Source of the DNA: a virus
Lineage: Duplodnaviria > Caudoviricetes
Direction: 5' to 3' (one strand)
Length of the DNA: 64,000 nt
IMG/VR virus record: IMGVR_UViG_3300035228_001973
Coordinates: 55,042 to 119,041 of that record
The notes below the pieces were generated by a model. That model made no database searches. It saw nothing but the letters and a program-made list of their open reading frames with translations, and was not told the origin of the DNA. The translations under genes and the position numbers were made by a program. Numbering within the stretch: the stretch's first letter is position 1; the number at the start of each line of letters is the position of its first letter. Positions 26,739 to 40,100 of the stretch are shown one piece after another.

Positions 26739-27667
26739 TATTTTTCTAATTTTACATAACTACCTTCAGGAATAACACCCCGTAAGTCACCTAAATCTTT
26801 ATCTTCAGGTAGTTTTATTATATCTATCTTACCATATAGCTTTCCACCACTTAACTTATAGTAAAGCCCCTTAGCATCTTCCCAAGCGTCCGCATCTAAA
26901 CAAATCTTAATTCTACCTTTAGATTTATCGTATAGTGTTTCCCAAAGTTTTTCAGATAAGAATTTACCAAGTAGTGGTATAGAATTTGGGACAAAGAAAC
27001 TATCAAATACCCCTTCTACTATCCATATATCCTCATCCCAATTTATTCTACTTTCATTAAATATTAATAGCTCTTTGGGGGCCTCAGGATTCTTATACTT
27101 TAATTTAGAATACTTATTCCAACTACGAGCAACAAAGTAATTTAATAACCCTTCATCATTAAATGATGGTACTATTATACGTCCCGCATAGTCACCACTG
27201 TTAGCGAACCCAATATCGTATTTTTTAATAATTTCATCAGTTATACCCCTTCTTTTTAAATAGTTATAAGCTTGTGCTCTTGGTGGAAATATAGGATTAA
27301 CATCGCTAAATTTTTGATATTCTTTTGGTAATCTAAGTGTTTTGTATTTTCTTTGGTCTCTAATAAACTCATCAGGTCTAACTAAAGTATAAAATTGTTT
27401 ATCCTTCTTTGAACCATATTTATCAATCAATCGACCTAAATGTCCGTGAGTCCCATGTGTTTCAGAACAAGCCCAACATTTATAAACGTGTTGACCATAA
27501 TTTATTTCTAAATTACCTTTACCGTCTCCTTTATCGGAACCTTTAATATCGTGTGAACAAACAGGGCAATCAAAAGATATCTGAGCCCTCATCTCATTAT
27601 GTAAATGAGACTCACCAAAAATGTTAACTAATAAGTCAACTACCAATAATTCATCTTGATTGTCCAT
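26738..27667 (-). CDS. DNA primase (zinc finger plus TOPRIM)
   Basis: CPVC...CWAC, YLKRRGI, RIIVPS, KYKNP, IVEGVFD and LDADA. Confidence 0.9.
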   Translation of the reverse strand: MDNQDELLVVDLLVNIFGESHLHNEMRAQISFDCPVCSHDIKGSDKGDGKGNLEINYGQHVYKCWACSETHGTHGHLGRLIDKYGSKKDKQFYTLVRPDEFIRDQRKYKTLRLPKEYQKFSDVNPIFPPRAQAYNYLKRRGITDEIIKKYDIGFANSGDYAGRIIVPSFNDEGLLNYFVARSWNKYSKLKYKNPEAPKELLIFNESRINWDEDIWIVEGVFDSFFVPNSIPLLGKFLSEKLWETLYDKSKGRIKICLDADAWEDAKGLYYKLSGGKLYGKIDIIKLPEDKDLGDLRGVIPEGSYVKLEK

Positions 27668-27705
27668 ATAGGACTAAATATAAAATAAAGTATTTACAAA
27701 ATCAA

Positions 27706-28308
27706 CTACCAAAGGCCTTGTTGTTTCATATAACCTTGAACACATGTGTATGCGTCCGCTTGGTCAAAGCATTCTTTCTTTAAAGTATTATTACGTGTAT
27801 ATAACCAAACTATTTGCGGCTCAGATTCCGCTACTTTTTTCCAAACAATTTCTTTCTTATCAATTGTTTTAGGGAGACCTCCAAATAAAACTCTTTTACC
27901 TTTTCCATTATCATTAACTAATTCTGGCCACGCAAACTTACGTGAATTATATGTTGATATGTAGCGAGGCACTAAACCTAAAACTTCGTAGATTACCCTT
28001 GAAATCATAGAATTATACCTTAATAAGGTACCCACTGTCCATATATTATTAGAATTAAGAAGTGGTTCTTCAATAACCACCTTAACAATATTTAAATCTT
28101 TGTATCCTTCAATCTTCTCTTTAAAACCATCTACCTTAAGTAATAGTTCTTCAATCTTTTCTTCAGGTTTAGGTTTTATAACTGGTGAAAAGTGTGTTAA
28201 TTCTAACAATTTTTGACTACTCTCATCAAATAGTGCCCATCCAATAGTTTTTGTAGATATATCCAACCCTAAGACTTTAGGGGTATTATTTAATTCTTGT
28301 TTTGACAT
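27706..28308 (-). CDS. RuvC-like Holliday junction resolvase
   Basis: VLGLDISTKTIGWA, VVIEEP and DQADA acidic motifs. Confidence 0.8.
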   Translation of the reverse strand: MSKQELNNTPKVLGLDISTKTIGWALFDESSQKLLELTHFSPVIKPKPEEKIEELLLKVDGFKEKIEGYKDLNIVKVVIEEPLLNSNNIWTVGTLLRYNSMISRVIYEVLGLVPRYISTYNSRKFAWPELVNDNGKGKRVLFGGLPKTIDKKEIVWKKVAESEPQIVWLYTRNNTLKKECFDQADAYTCVQGYMKQQGLW

Positions 28309-28317
28309 GTGATTATA

Positions 28318-30564
28318 TTAAAAATCTAATTTTATAGTATACTGTTGTATACCTTGTCTCTTTTCAGGAGACTGTATCTTAGATATAATCATAAGTTCTT
28401 TATTCAAATCGTAAAGACCAACTTCAGTTATGTAAGCTGAATCCGCAGTTGACCATGTTGGGTTTTGAGAAGTTAAAAATTGAGTGGGACCTAAATTACA
28501 TTTATAATTCATAACATAAATCGTAGCTTGAATGTCTGAAGCAATATTACCATAAAAATAATATTCATCTCCAAATGTTAAAGTAGGTTCTGGGTCATTA
28601 TTTTTAGGTAACTCAATATAATTTGATAAATCATACACATCACCATTCGATACCGCATCATCGTACATAGTCTTATTTAAAATTAAAGTACTACCCGTTA
28701 AACCTGATACTGTTATATTACCGTTAACTGATGTTCCACTTATTTGATTAGTCACATCTACCTCATACCACTCAGTTGGGTCAGGTTTTTCTCCCGACAC
28801 TACTTTTTGAGCTAGTAGTACAATATCATTAGCCGAAAATCCTGATTGTGAACCATCACTGAATAAAAATGGAAACTCATTTCCAAATCTAACTGTTACA
28901 TCAGCAGTGTCAGGTGGACAATCTGGGTCTGTACCACATATTTGTGTATAATAATTACAATGTAACGACTCGGTAAATGCGGAATTATTAAACCTATAAG
29001 TTAACCATAAACATTCAGTTGTACCTGATAAAAGACCCGTATCACTACCAGTCGTACCGTTAAAGGTATTAGGTACAATTAGTCCTAATTTTGGTGCGGG
29101 TAACGTCCAATTTCTATTCGATTTATAACTTAATGACGCTATAATTTCATCATCATCAAAAGTTATCATTTTTAGGTCGGGCCAAACTTTACCTACTCTA
29201 TTTGGAAATCCGTTTATATTAGGATTGTCATCCCATAGGTGGTAATACCTTATTCCCGGATTATTCATATCATTATTTACGTTTGATTCAATATAATGAG
29301 GTTTAAATAGTTTTTCTTTTGCAAACCCATCAGGGTCAACATAAAACGTTTGACCCATCGTACCACCTGAGGATTTGTGCCACATAAGTGTCGGAACATT
29401 TACTCTAAATCTACGTGCAGGACCCGTTTGACCTGAAAGTGGAAACTGATTATCAGTGGTTGTCAATGCAAATTTCTCACCATAAAAATTATCAATTGAT
29501 TGATTAGTGTAGTGGACTATGGATATAGATTTTTGGTCTGATGGGGATAAATTAATTTTTTCAGAAAATGAATTATAATAATATGTAGAATCAGTATCAG
29601 TTTGGCCAGTATTAGAATTATACCCTAAATATTCTTTAGTTCCCGTGTACCCTGTAGAACCAAATTGGTCGTACCCTTGATATACATTAGTAAATAATCC
29701 AGCAGGACTTTCTGTCCACGGAATATTCATATTCCAAACTTTTACAAAATAGTTAGAGATATCACAATTACTTTCGAAATTAATTGCGTCTTGATTCCAA
29801 TAAAATTCAGGCGTATAAGTATCATATAATTCAGTCATACCTGAAGGGTAAAATATTACTCTTGCATCACCAACATAACCCATACTCTGTAAGTCAGGTA
29901 ATTGTCTATCAAGTTTAACAGTTACAGTTCCCGTATTTCCTGAAGTGTTTCCCGTAATATCAATAACTTTATAAGTCAATACAGGGTAGTTATTACTTAT
30001 TGGTTGTGTACTAAAATCCGAATAATAAACTGTCATTATATGGTTAGAAATAACATTACCCGTCACACTAGCATCAATAACTGAAGCATTTAAACTAATT
30101 GTGTTACCGTAATTTACGGTATTCATTGGTATCACATAATTAGGGTTGATTGTATAGGCACTTGACGTAAACGCAGTAAAACTATTATCTACAACATTAC
30201 TAAAGTCATATGAAGTTTGACCAGTAAAAAAACCTAACGTCGCCGCAGTATTATAAATATTATCTATTATTGGTTCAGGGATTGGTATACCATAAGTGTT
30301 TGTTGATTGAGTTGAAACCAATAAAGGATATTTAACATTCGCTTTATTTTTTTCAGGTATCGGTGATAAGTTTTGCGCATTATACTCAGCATCTAATACT
30401 CGTCCAGTTGATAAATCAGCATTTGGTATACAGTCATAACAAACCTCACTATCTCCAACTTGAAAATATGAAATATTGAATGTTCCTTCTGAAATTCTTT
30501 TTCTTCCTGCGTCGGTTAATTTACTGTTAACTAATGCGGCGGTATCTTTTATTATGTATCCCAT
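28318..30564 (-). CDS. Putative virion structural protein (baseplate/tail-collar-like termini)
   Basis: N-terminal LTDAGR...FQVGDSE and C-terminal YITEVGLYD...MIISK motifs typical of tail-collar/baseplate proteins; TATTTATA upstream. Confidence 0.6.
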   Translation of the reverse strand: MGYIIKDTAALVNSKLTDAGRKRISEGTFNISYFQVGDSEVCYDCIPNADLSTGRVLDAEYNAQNLSPIPEKNKANVKYPLLVSTQSTNTYGIPIPEPIIDNIYNTAATLGFFTGQTSYDFSNVVDNSFTAFTSSAYTINPNYVIPMNTVNYGNTISLNASVIDASVTGNVISNHIMTVYYSDFSTQPISNNYPVLTYKVIDITGNTSGNTGTVTVKLDRQLPDLQSMGYVGDARVIFYPSGMTELYDTYTPEFYWNQDAINFESNCDISNYFVKVWNMNIPWTESPAGLFTNVYQGYDQFGSTGYTGTKEYLGYNSNTGQTDTDSTYYYNSFSEKINLSPSDQKSISIVHYTNQSIDNFYGEKFALTTTDNQFPLSGQTGPARRFRVNVPTLMWHKSSGGTMGQTFYVDPDGFAKEKLFKPHYIESNVNNDMNNPGIRYYHLWDDNPNINGFPNRVGKVWPDLKMITFDDDEIIASLSYKSNRNWTLPAPKLGLIVPNTFNGTTGSDTGLLSGTTECLWLTYRFNNSAFTESLHCNYYTQICGTDPDCPPDTADVTVRFGNEFPFLFSDGSQSGFSANDIVLLAQKVVSGEKPDPTEWYEVDVTNQISGTSVNGNITVSGLTGSTLILNKTMYDDAVSNGDVYDLSNYIELPKNNDPEPTLTFGDEYYFYGNIASDIQATIYVMNYKCNLGPTQFLTSQNPTWSTADSAYITEVGLYDLNKELMIISKIQSPEKRQGIQQYTIKLDF

Positions 30565-30607
30565 GTTTTATAAATAGTTTTATTATCTAATTTTTTATTT
30601 TTTTTAT

Positions 30608-32239
30608 CTACGTTAATGGAAGACATCCCGATTGAGTAGACTCACCAGTTATTGGTGTTGATATATTGTTTATTGTTCCACAGGTTGTTGTTCCAATTAT
30701 TTGTACATTCTTTAATTGTACATTAGTTCTGTTTAATCCCGTAATAGGACAATTACATGAACCGCTACTTAGGTATCTAGGTAATGTAACCGTTGTACTT
30801 ACAGTACCGTTAAAAGTTGAACTACCGTCTATAGTAATAGTTGTATCTCCAGTACTACTAAATGTAGCTATATCAATTTGATAGTTAGGACAATTTTGTG
30901 AGGGTGGTGAACCTAATACAACAGGTGATGTTGAACTGATACTTACCGCATTACCATCTAAACTACCCGTAAACGTATTTTCATATGTTACAGGGTCAGA
31001 ACTACTATTATCAGGGTACGTACTAGTTCTAGTGTGAGCGAAATCTAAATCAAACGATACCTGCACACCTGATGGTAATTGAGGAGTGACGACCACATCA
31101 TATTGATAACTAACAACTTGCTCTCTTAAGTTATTAGTCACCACTTGGTTAAACTTATTAAGTTGTATTGTATATGACGGCGCACCCACTCCTTGACTAA
31201 TCGTAAAGTTAGCAGTTGCAACATTACCTGAACTATCCGTTACTTGAGCGACATAACTACCTGGTTGAACATTATTAAATTGACTGTTTGCTTGAGAAGA
31301 CGTTATACCTTGAATGACATAACTATAAGGTGATGAACCTCCATTAGCATTCATTAATACACTACCCAATTGACCTTCACATTGTGGTGATATTGGAGTG
31401 ACACTTAAGGATAAGCTGGTTAAATTACTTGAACATGTCCCTACTACCATCACCCAATTTGCCTTTGTCGGTGGCACACCTTGATTTTGCCACGTTCCTA
31501 TTGGTTGTAATTGTGGAGGACTCTGAGTTAGTCTCATTACGCCTTGATTACCACTAATAGAGGTCCATACTAATACTTCCCACCAACCATTCGTAACATT
31601 ATATGTTAAAGTAAGACCATTTACAGTATCTAACCATTGGAAATTACCATTATTATCAGTACCGTTAGGTGTGAAATTATATTGTTGATTTAGTTCACTA
31701 TGACTCAAACATAATGGGTCTTGTGTAGGAGGTGTAGGTGTGGGTGGGTTACAAACAGTACAAGTAGTATAAGAACTATTAATTGTTAAGGCAGATACTT
31801 CAAGCCCTGATGAATTAACAGGCCCAATAAACTCATAACATCCTGGTATTTCATTAAAAATAATTGTAGGTTTGAAATTTGGGAATGGTGGTTCATAAGT
31901 CGCTCCTGAAACATAAATTGTTCGAGAGGAAAATCCTGGACATGTAATAAACTTGTAAACTGTTTCACTACTACTACCTACAACACACGTTGTTTTTTTA
32001 ACATAATCTCCAAAATAGTCAACAACAGTAGCAAAATATATACCTGGCGTTAAATTAGTTAAAGTATTACCTTGCTGACCATTATTCCATGTTATAGAAT
32101 AAGGAGGGGTACCACCAAATACTTGAACTATGGCACTACCATCGGATGCCGTTGGTGAAGATGCATTAGTGACATTACACTCTACCTCCATAGGTATTAT
32201 GGTTATTATCGTACATTGATTTCCTGTTAATCCTGCCAT
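30608..32239 (-). CDS. Putative virion protein with SprB-like repeats
   Basis: DGSAIVQVFGGTPPYSITWNNG...LTPGIY and GGSSPYSY...PGSYVAQVTDSSG repeats; likely start 32239. Confidence 0.7.
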   Translation of the reverse strand: MAGLTGNQCTIITIIPMEVECNVTNASSPTASDGSAIVQVFGGTPPYSITWNNGQQGNTLTNLTPGIYFATVVDYFGDYVKKTTCVVGSSSETVYKFITCPGFSSRTIYVSGATYEPPFPNFKPTIIFNEIPGCYEFIGPVNSSGLEVSALTINSSYTTCTVCNPPTPTPPTQDPLCLSHSELNQQYNFTPNGTDNNGNFQWLDTVNGLTLTYNVTNGWWEVLVWTSISGNQGVMRLTQSPPQLQPIGTWQNQGVPPTKANWVMVVGTCSSNLTSLSLSVTPISPQCEGQLGSVLMNANGGSSPYSYVIQGITSSQANSQFNNVQPGSYVAQVTDSSGNVATANFTISQGVGAPSYTIQLNKFNQVVTNNLREQVVSYQYDVVVTPQLPSGVQVSFDLDFAHTRTSTYPDNSSSDPVTYENTFTGSLDGNAVSISSTSPVVLGSPPSQNCPNYQIDIATFSSTGDTTITIDGSSTFNGTVSTTVTLPRYLSSGSCNCPITGLNRTNVQLKNVQIIGTTTCGTINNISTPITGESTQSGCLPLT

Positions 32240-32250
32240 TTTTTTATTTT

Positions 32251-34020
32251 TTAAGTACAATCATTATAATTTCCTCCTGCTGAGATACTGAGGTTAGTAC
32301 CACTAAGACCCGCAATTACCCAAAAAACATTCATGTTTATACAATCGCTGACTACGGTATCACCCTGTGGGAATTCTAAATCTATTGCAGTACCATCACA
32401 TTGTTTTACATTAATTAACGATACCGTTCCACTGCCAATGTTAGTAACCGTAAATCCACTTTTACATCCACAATAAGAATCGGTACAGTCCGTAACTTGT
32501 GCATATTTATAACCTGGTGACGACCAATCTGTTCCTACTGTAACTGCCTGTGCTGAAGTAATACTAGTCGCTTGACCACCTACGGTATAACATGTATTAA
32601 CACCTTGTGATGGAACGATTGACGCTGACAAACTAGATTGTCTCGCTAATCCCGCAGCACTTATAACATCACCAACAATAAGAGTACTCGCTAAATTATG
32701 ATTCATTGGTACAATTATAGTCTCATTATTTACACAACCTTCGAGTAGTACGTTTATCGTACCACATTTACCACCACCATTACAATCGCTTAATATGGTA
32801 TTAACTGTCGGAGAAAGTATTGGTGCGGTAACATCATAAACAACTTTTTGATAACAATCTTGTATATCGAATGTTGCTCCATTAGCATTTGTTATTGTAA
32901 AATTAAATTTAACAAAATCATCATCTACATTTATAACATTAAATTTATTTGGATTAACCATTAAATCACTAACAGCAATTGAAGGTACACAAGCTTCATA
33001 AGTTGAAATTACCTCACTACTTGTTGTCGGAGTAGGGGTTACCGTATTAGTAGGTGTGTTGGTTGGCGTATTCGTTGGTGTTTGCGTTGGTGTAACCGTT
33101 GCAGTATTTGTAGGAGTTAAAGTAGGTGTTAGTGTCGGGGTATTTGTCGGTGTTAAGGTAGGTGTTAAAGTAGGTGTTAAGGTAGGTGTTGGAGTTAAAG
33201 TTGCTTCAGGTGTAGATGTAACACTTGGTGTAGGTGTATTGGTTGATGTATTAGTTGGAGTTGGCGTTAAAGTCGCATCAGGTGTAGATGTAACTGTCGG
33301 TGTATTAGTTGGAGTCAATGTTGGAGTTAATGTTGCCGTTGGTGTTTGACTTACGTCTATAGTGTTTGTTGGTGTCGCAGTATTTGTTGGAGTAGGTGTT
33401 GGTGTTGGAAAACCACATCCCTCAGTTGTAAAAGACACACTACATGTCGCACCATTTACACAACCTTGGTATAACCAATTTGTTGTATTAGGTGAAGGGA
33501 ATGTTGGCGCTGGATTATAAAATGTTACACCAGCTAAATTCCAACCTGAAACTTCCCATCTTACACCTGTCCACTGTATTGAACCATTATTTGGTGAAAT
33601 CCATTGATTTTGTCCATTAAATAACGTTGTAGATAATGTATACCTGACTGTTTCCGTAAATCCATTACCTTCAAATACGCCATCATAATAAGTTGCATTT
33701 AAACATGGACCCGTACCACTAGGTGTTGGTGTTGGCGTAGGGGTTTGAGTGTTAGTTGGTGTAATAGTAGGTGTCGCTGTCGGTGTAGGTGATGGTCCGA
33801 ACCCGAAACATTCACAAACTACACATAAATCAGCATCTATAACTTTAATACAAAACGGTATATTTTCATAAATTGTTGGTAAATTAAATGTCGCAGGAAA
33901 ATCAGCATTAGTCGCCACCTGACCAAGATATGTTTGTTGGGATAACACATCACAACTATCAGCCGCCCATATTTGAAATGGTGATACTCCTGATGCGCTA
34001 TTTATTGTTACTGTACTCAT
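32251..34020 (-). CDS. Putative virion protein with Pro/Thr mucin-like tracts and Cys-rich domains
   Basis: 589 aa with an approximately 130 aa PT tract (about 33020-33410). Confidence 0.75.
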   Translation of the reverse strand: MSTVTINSASGVSPFQIWAADSCDVLSQQTYLGQVATNADFPATFNLPTIYENIPFCIKVIDADLCVVCECFGFGPSPTPTATPTITPTNTQTPTPTPTPSGTGPCLNATYYDGVFEGNGFTETVRYTLSTTLFNGQNQWISPNNGSIQWTGVRWEVSGWNLAGVTFYNPAPTFPSPNTTNWLYQGCVNGATCSVSFTTEGCGFPTPTPTPTNTATPTNTIDVSQTPTATLTPTLTPTNTPTVTSTPDATLTPTPTNTSTNTPTPSVTSTPEATLTPTPTLTPTLTPTLTPTNTPTLTPTLTPTNTATVTPTQTPTNTPTNTPTNTVTPTPTTSSEVISTYEACVPSIAVSDLMVNPNKFNVINVDDDFVKFNFTITNANGATFDIQDCYQKVVYDVTAPILSPTVNTILSDCNGGGKCGTINVLLEGCVNNETIIVPMNHNLASTLIVGDVISAAGLARQSSLSASIVPSQGVNTCYTVGGQATSITSAQAVTVGTDWSSPGYKYAQVTDCTDSYCGCKSGFTVTNIGSGTVSLINVKQCDGTAIDLEFPQGDTVVSDCINMNVFWVIAGLSGTNLSISAGGNYNDCT

Positions 34021-34127
34021 TTAATTCTCTATTCTATTATTATAATCACTCACATTATTAAGTGAATATGTTATTTTACTATAAGTATTTATCTCTCTTT
34101 CAATTTTATTTTTTTTATTCATAATAT

Positions 34128-37100
34128 CTATAGAGGTATACAATCTTCGTCACCTGTGGCGAAACATTCACCACCGTATAGTGAGGTAACTGCACCATAT
34201 ACTCCGGTATTTGGACCTGATGTCTCCTTTTCTACTTTAGCTACTCTGTAAGTGTTATCATTACCTTCCCCTGTCTGACCATCACCATTATCGACCCTAA
34301 AAGCAAACCATGCAGGGTTGTCTTGATTTCCACCCCAATCTTGTAATCCGTAGATGAATGAAGGCTGGTAAAAAACGCCATCGTAAGTCATCGGAGTATT
34401 GATAGAGTAAGCGATATCACAGAACGTATTACAAGGAATAGCACCTCCCGAAATCCATGCACTAAATTCACCACTTGGTTGTGAACTAGGTGTTGGTGTA
34501 GGTGTGGTCGTTGTTGTAGGTGTAGGTGTTGGCGAATCAATTGGTGTAGTTGTAGGTGTCGGTGTTGGCGTCGGTGTCGGACTTTGTGATGGTAATGGTG
34601 CATCGTCGCTAGGACATTGAGTACAGTTAGGGTATCCTGTATCTAAACTTAACGAGTATGATGGTCCTACGTAACCTGTTATATCTTCAACATATTCCCA
34701 ACATCCTGGTACTTCATTAAATGTTGAAACATTATTAGCTCCAGGATTAACAACATTTAATCCATATAATGTATCAGTATTTGTTTGTTGTGTACCTGAG
34801 AATACTATATCATAAAACTGAGTTTGTCGTTGTGATGAGGTTAAGTAACCAAATCGAGTACCTCCCGTAAATCTTTCCAACTCATCACCAACGGCGTATG
34901 AAGGTTTGTCTGTCCATGTCGAATCATCAGTTAAATCTATAGAAACTAATAACGTATATGGGTTAGTTGAACCTATAGGTATTTGCCCACTTCCATTACC
35001 CATTTTACCTGTATTGTATATGCTAATAGTTGTATTGGTTTTTATAACTTTAAATCTAATTTGACCCTTATTATTGTAATTACCCGAACCAAATGGTGAA
35101 GTACTTTTCCATACTATAGTATTGAAATTACCTGAACCATCAGTAAACGATTGAGTATTGTTATTTTGATTGAAGACTATTCTAGCAAAATTATTATCAC
35201 CGTTTAACATAAGGTATAACGTTTGTGTTTGACCTGAAGGACCATACACTCCACTCTCATCCTTAAATGCGGCTAAAACAAGACCTATAGTATCATTATC
35301 GGTCGCAGTACTACCCAAAGTTACTTCATGGTTATATTCATTATAACCACATGTTGAGTAAAACCCATTCATTAATCCACTATTTTGTGAACATTCAATC
35401 ATTTTTGTAACTCCACCCGCATCTGTAATTTTATTGATTGCCGTCACAACTGTATTAGATACACCACTAACGGTTAGATTACTATTCGCTAAAGAGGATG
35501 TAGACCAATTACTTGATGTAGTTAAAAATCTTGTAGCTGTCGGATTACCATATGCTAATCCTGTGTCTTGTGTTGGATTCCATGTTGACCATTTCCAACC
35601 ATTACTAGCACCTTTAACATTATACCAAACTACAAATTTATTAATAAAATCATTATAATAGAATTTACCACTGTCCGCATTGTTTTGTGATAAACCTGAA
35701 GGCCCAGTGTTTTCACCTTCGAACATCGGATAACTATAAACACCTAAATAATTAGATGACGATGGAGGTGTTGTGGCTCCCGTATAAAAATACATGTTAG
35801 GGTCATTAGTGATTATAGTTCCATTTATTTGTAACCCTGATTCACCTGCCCCAGGATAGTTAATTCCCGCAAAATTAGAAAATCTAACCCAATTACTAAT
35901 AATTACGTCAGGGTCTGTTTGCTCACCAAATGAAATATCCGTCTCAACACATCCGACACCACCACATCTTTCATATACGCTAATAATTTCAGGTAATGGA
36001 GTTGGGTCAGGTGTTGTACACTCTAAACAATCGGCATCGATACTATTAACAGAAGTTAAAATATGTGTTGATGAACCATCAACTTCCTCCTCATACGTTA
36101 AACAATATTCCACACCATCTATAGTACCATTGAATGTTGTACCTGATGTTACAGTACCACCTGTATAAGGTATTGGTGCAGTAACATAAAATTCTTGTTC
36201 TCTACCATTAGGGTCACAATTAGTTAACCTAGCAACTTCACCACAATCAAAATACCCATCATCTATTATAAATGTTACCGCTCCACCAACAGGCGTTATA
36301 CACGCTTGCGGCGTAGAAGTAGGTGTAGGTGTAGGTGTTGGAGTAATATCTTTAATATCCTCACCTATTATTATTATCGCATCACAATCATTAATTAACG
36401 TACTTGTCGGTGTAGGCGTTAATGTTGGTGTAACTGTATTAGTTGGTGTATTAGTTGGAGTTATAGTGTTAGTCGGAGTATTGGTTGGTGTTGGGCTTGG
36501 ACTAAGTCCTGGTGTTACTGTTGGAGTAGGAGTTACAGTATTCGTAGGTGTTAAGGTTGGTGTTATAGTTGGAGTAGGAGTGACAGTATTCGTAGGTGTA
36601 TTTGTTGGAGTTAAGGTGGGTGTGTTAGTTGGTGTAACAGTTGTAGTATTAGTCGGTGTAACAGTAGTAGTGTTAGTCGGAGTTAAAGTAGGAGTTAGTG
36701 TCGGGGTATTTGTTGGGGTTAATGTCGGAGTATTAGATGGAGTAGGTGTTAGTGTCTCAGCTGGTGTTGAAGTTACTGTTGAAGTTACTGTTGGTGTTAA
36801 TGTAGGGGTGTTAGTTGGAGTAACCGTCGCAGTATTAGTAGGTGTATTAGTAGGTGTATTAGTCGGCGTATTAGTAGGACTTAACGATGGAGTATTAGTC
36901 GGTGTATTTGTTGGAGTGTTAGTTACAGTATTCGTAGGTGTTAAAGTTGGACTTAACGATGGGGTGTTAGTCGGAGTATTCGTTGGAGTATTTGTTGGTG
37001 TTAATGTAGGGGTGTTAGTCGGTGTATTTGTAGGAGTGTTAGTTGGTGTGTTAGTCGGTGTATTTGTAGGAGTGTTAGTTGGTGTGTTAGTCGGTGTATT

Positions 37101-40100
37101 TGTAGGAGTGTTAGTTGGTGTTGGCGTTATGGTCGCACCAGGTGTTGAGGTTACACTTGGAGTTATTGTCGGAGTATTAGTAGGTGTTAATGTTGGAGTT
37201 ACCGTAGATGTGTTTGTTGGCGTTAATGTAGGTGTCGGCGTAGACGTATTTGTAGGTGTATTAGTTGGTGTTAATGTAGGTGTATTTGTAGGAGTTAGAG
37301 TTGGTGTTACCGTAGACGTATTTGTTGGTGTTAGAGTCGGCGTATTAGTAGGACTTAACGATGGAGTATTAGTCGGTGTGTTAGTCGGCGTAATAGTTAC
37401 AGTATTCGTAGGTGTATTTGTTGGAGTATTTGTAGGAGTATTTGTAGGAGTATTTGTAGGAGTAGGAGTTATAGTTGCATCAGGCGTTGACGTTACACTT
37501 GGAGTTATTGTCGGCGTATTTGTAGGCGTTACCGTAGCGGTATTAGTTGGCGTTAATGTAGGAGTAACTGTCGCAGTATTAGTCGGAGTTAAAGTAGGTG
37601 TATTAGTTGGTGTTAATGTAGGTGTATTAGTTGGAGTTAAGGTAGGAGTATTTGTAGGAGTAACTGTCGCAGTATTAGTCGGAGTTAATGTAGGACTTAA
37701 CGATGGTGTATTAGTTGGAGTTAATGTAGGGGTGTTAGTAGGTGTAACAGTTGCAGTATTTGTAGGAGTTAAAGTAGGGGTATTTGTAGGGGTAACTGTC
37801 GCAGTGTTAGTTGGAGTAACTGTCGCAGTATTAGTTGGAGTTAATGTTGGTGTATTTGTAGGTGTAGGAGTTATGGTTGCATCAGGCGTTGATGTTACAC
37901 TTGGAGTTAAGGTAGGAGTATTAGTCGGAGTTAAGGTAGGAGTATTAGTCGGAGTTAATGTAGGTGTATTTGTTGGAGTAACTGTCGCAGTATTAGTTGG
38001 AGTTAAGGTAGGTGTTAGTGTCGGGGTATTTGTCGGTGTTAAGGTAGGTGTATTACTAGGTGTAACAGTTGCAGTATTTGTAGGTGTAACTGTCGCAGTA
38101 TTAGTCGGAGTTAATGTAGGTGTAAGTGTTGCAGTATTAGTCGGAGTTAATGTAGGTGTAAGTGTTGCAGTATTAGTCGGAGTTAATGTAGGTGTAAGTG
38201 TTGCAGTATTAGTTGGAGTTAATGTAGGTGTATTACTAGGTGTAACAGTTGCAGTATTTGTAGGAGTCAGAGTCGGAGTGTTCGTAGGTGTTACCGTAGG
38301 AGTATTAGTAGGTGTAACTGTTGCAGTATTAGTCGGAGTTAATGTAGGCGTTACCGTAGATGTGTTTGTTGGAGTTAATGTAGGTGTGTTTGTTGGAGTT
38401 AATGTTGGCGTATTTGTAGGTGTGTTTGTTGGAGTATTTGTAGGTGTGTTTGTTGGAGTTAATGTTGGCGTATTTGTAGGCGTGACTGTCGCAGTATTTG
38501 TAGGGGTTAATGTCGGAGTATTACTAGGTGTAACAGTTGCAGTATTTGTAGGTGTAACAGTTGCAGTATTTGTAGGTGTAACAGTTGCAGTATTTGTAGG
38601 TGTTAAAGTAGGAGTTAGCGTCGGAGTATTTGTTGGTGTTAATGTCGGAGTATTACTAGGTGTAACAGTTGCAGTATTTGTTGGCGTATTTGTTGGGGTT
38701 AAGGTAGGAGTTAATGTGGGTGTATTTGTCGGAGTATTAGTTGGTGTAACCGTTGCGGTATTAGTTGGAGTTAAGGTAGGTGTATTAGTCGGGGTATTTG
38801 TCGGAGTTGGTGTTGGTGTATCTGACGGACAAGTACCACATGATTCACAAGAATTAAATAAATCATCAGGAATTAACTTACCATCCTCACCTGCTCCACC
38901 TTGCGATTCACCCGTAATCTCATAACAATCACCTAACCATTTTAAATGGGTTCCACCATATTGTACACTAGGTTTTGTAATTCCGTCACTACATGGTACC
39001 GTTAATTTTACAACTATTCTTTCTTCAGTACAACAGTCTTCCAATTCTATTGTCCAATATTTACAATCAACCTCTTTTTCATAACATTCATCACAATCAT
39101 CAAAATCGGGAGAGTTAAATACTCCATCAGTACCATCACCCCCAACATTATTAGCGAAATAACAACAATTATCAATAAAAAAAACATTGTTATTTGCTAC
39201 TATATTTCCAGCATCAGCTGAGGGAACTAATATATTTTTACTTAGTATACTTGTACAACAGTCATACAGTGTTATTCCCCTATAACTAACAGTTGTTGTC
39301 GGTGTTGGTGTTTGTGTTGGAGTTGGACTAATGGAAGGAGATGGTTCCGAACATGGAAATAACAACTTACAGTCTTTACATTCTTGTTCTGAATTGGGAT
39401 TTACTTGTGGTCCACCATTACCTCCAAGTGCGACTAGTTCGTAACATTCATTATTTATCACAAAAGTGGAACCTAAGACAGTAAAAGATGGTGCCTCTAC
39501 ATCCAAAAAGAAAGTGTCGTCACAACATTTTGCCGCACGATATCTACTGTAGATTATTTCAGGTACCGTTGGTGTAGGTGTAGGAGTTGGAGTCGGAGTA
39601 TTGGATGGAGACTCTCCTGTACAACAATCCGTACAGTCTTCAGAAACACTGTTGATAATTACAGTCGTGTTACTTACCGCCTTACTATCAACATCTGTAA
39701 CAAGATAACAACATTCATCGTTCGGTGCCGGACTATTTACCGTAACCACCTGACCAATAAATGGACAAGGAAATAAAGAAGGCGTTTGTACCGTAACCCA
39801 TAATCCATCTAAAGGATACGTACACCCACCTAATTCACCTGAGGGACATACTCCCGTTATCTGGTCACAACCTCTTAATTTTATTTTACATGCGGCACTA
39901 AGTTGTTGAGTATCACCTGGTGTAATAGGTGTCGTACCTGAATCACCAGGACAATCTACACATCCATTACCTATCCACATTGATTGTATTGTACCAATAA
40001 AAGATACTGTTGGCGAGCAACTCGGACAATCACTTATAGGTATCCAACACGAACCATTACCATCAATAAAACCATTAAATCCGACCGCTAGATTCATAGT

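Noticed and set aside
27706-28308. RuvC fold as a Cas12/TnpB effector
   Set aside because: Only 200 aa, next to the primase, with no array, zinc finger or transposon ends; fits a phage resolvase.
36400-38820. Repeat tracts as a CRISPR array or satellite
   Set aside because: No constant repeat with unique spacers; the 12-bp period is explained by in-frame tetrapeptide coding.
36466-38925. 819 aa plus-strand Val/Gly ORF (likewise 52998..55175, 33056..33349 and 56313..56621)
   Set aside because: Antisense shadows of the Pro/Thr repeats; the complements of ACN/CCN/AAY codons give a stop-free V/G/L/F frame.
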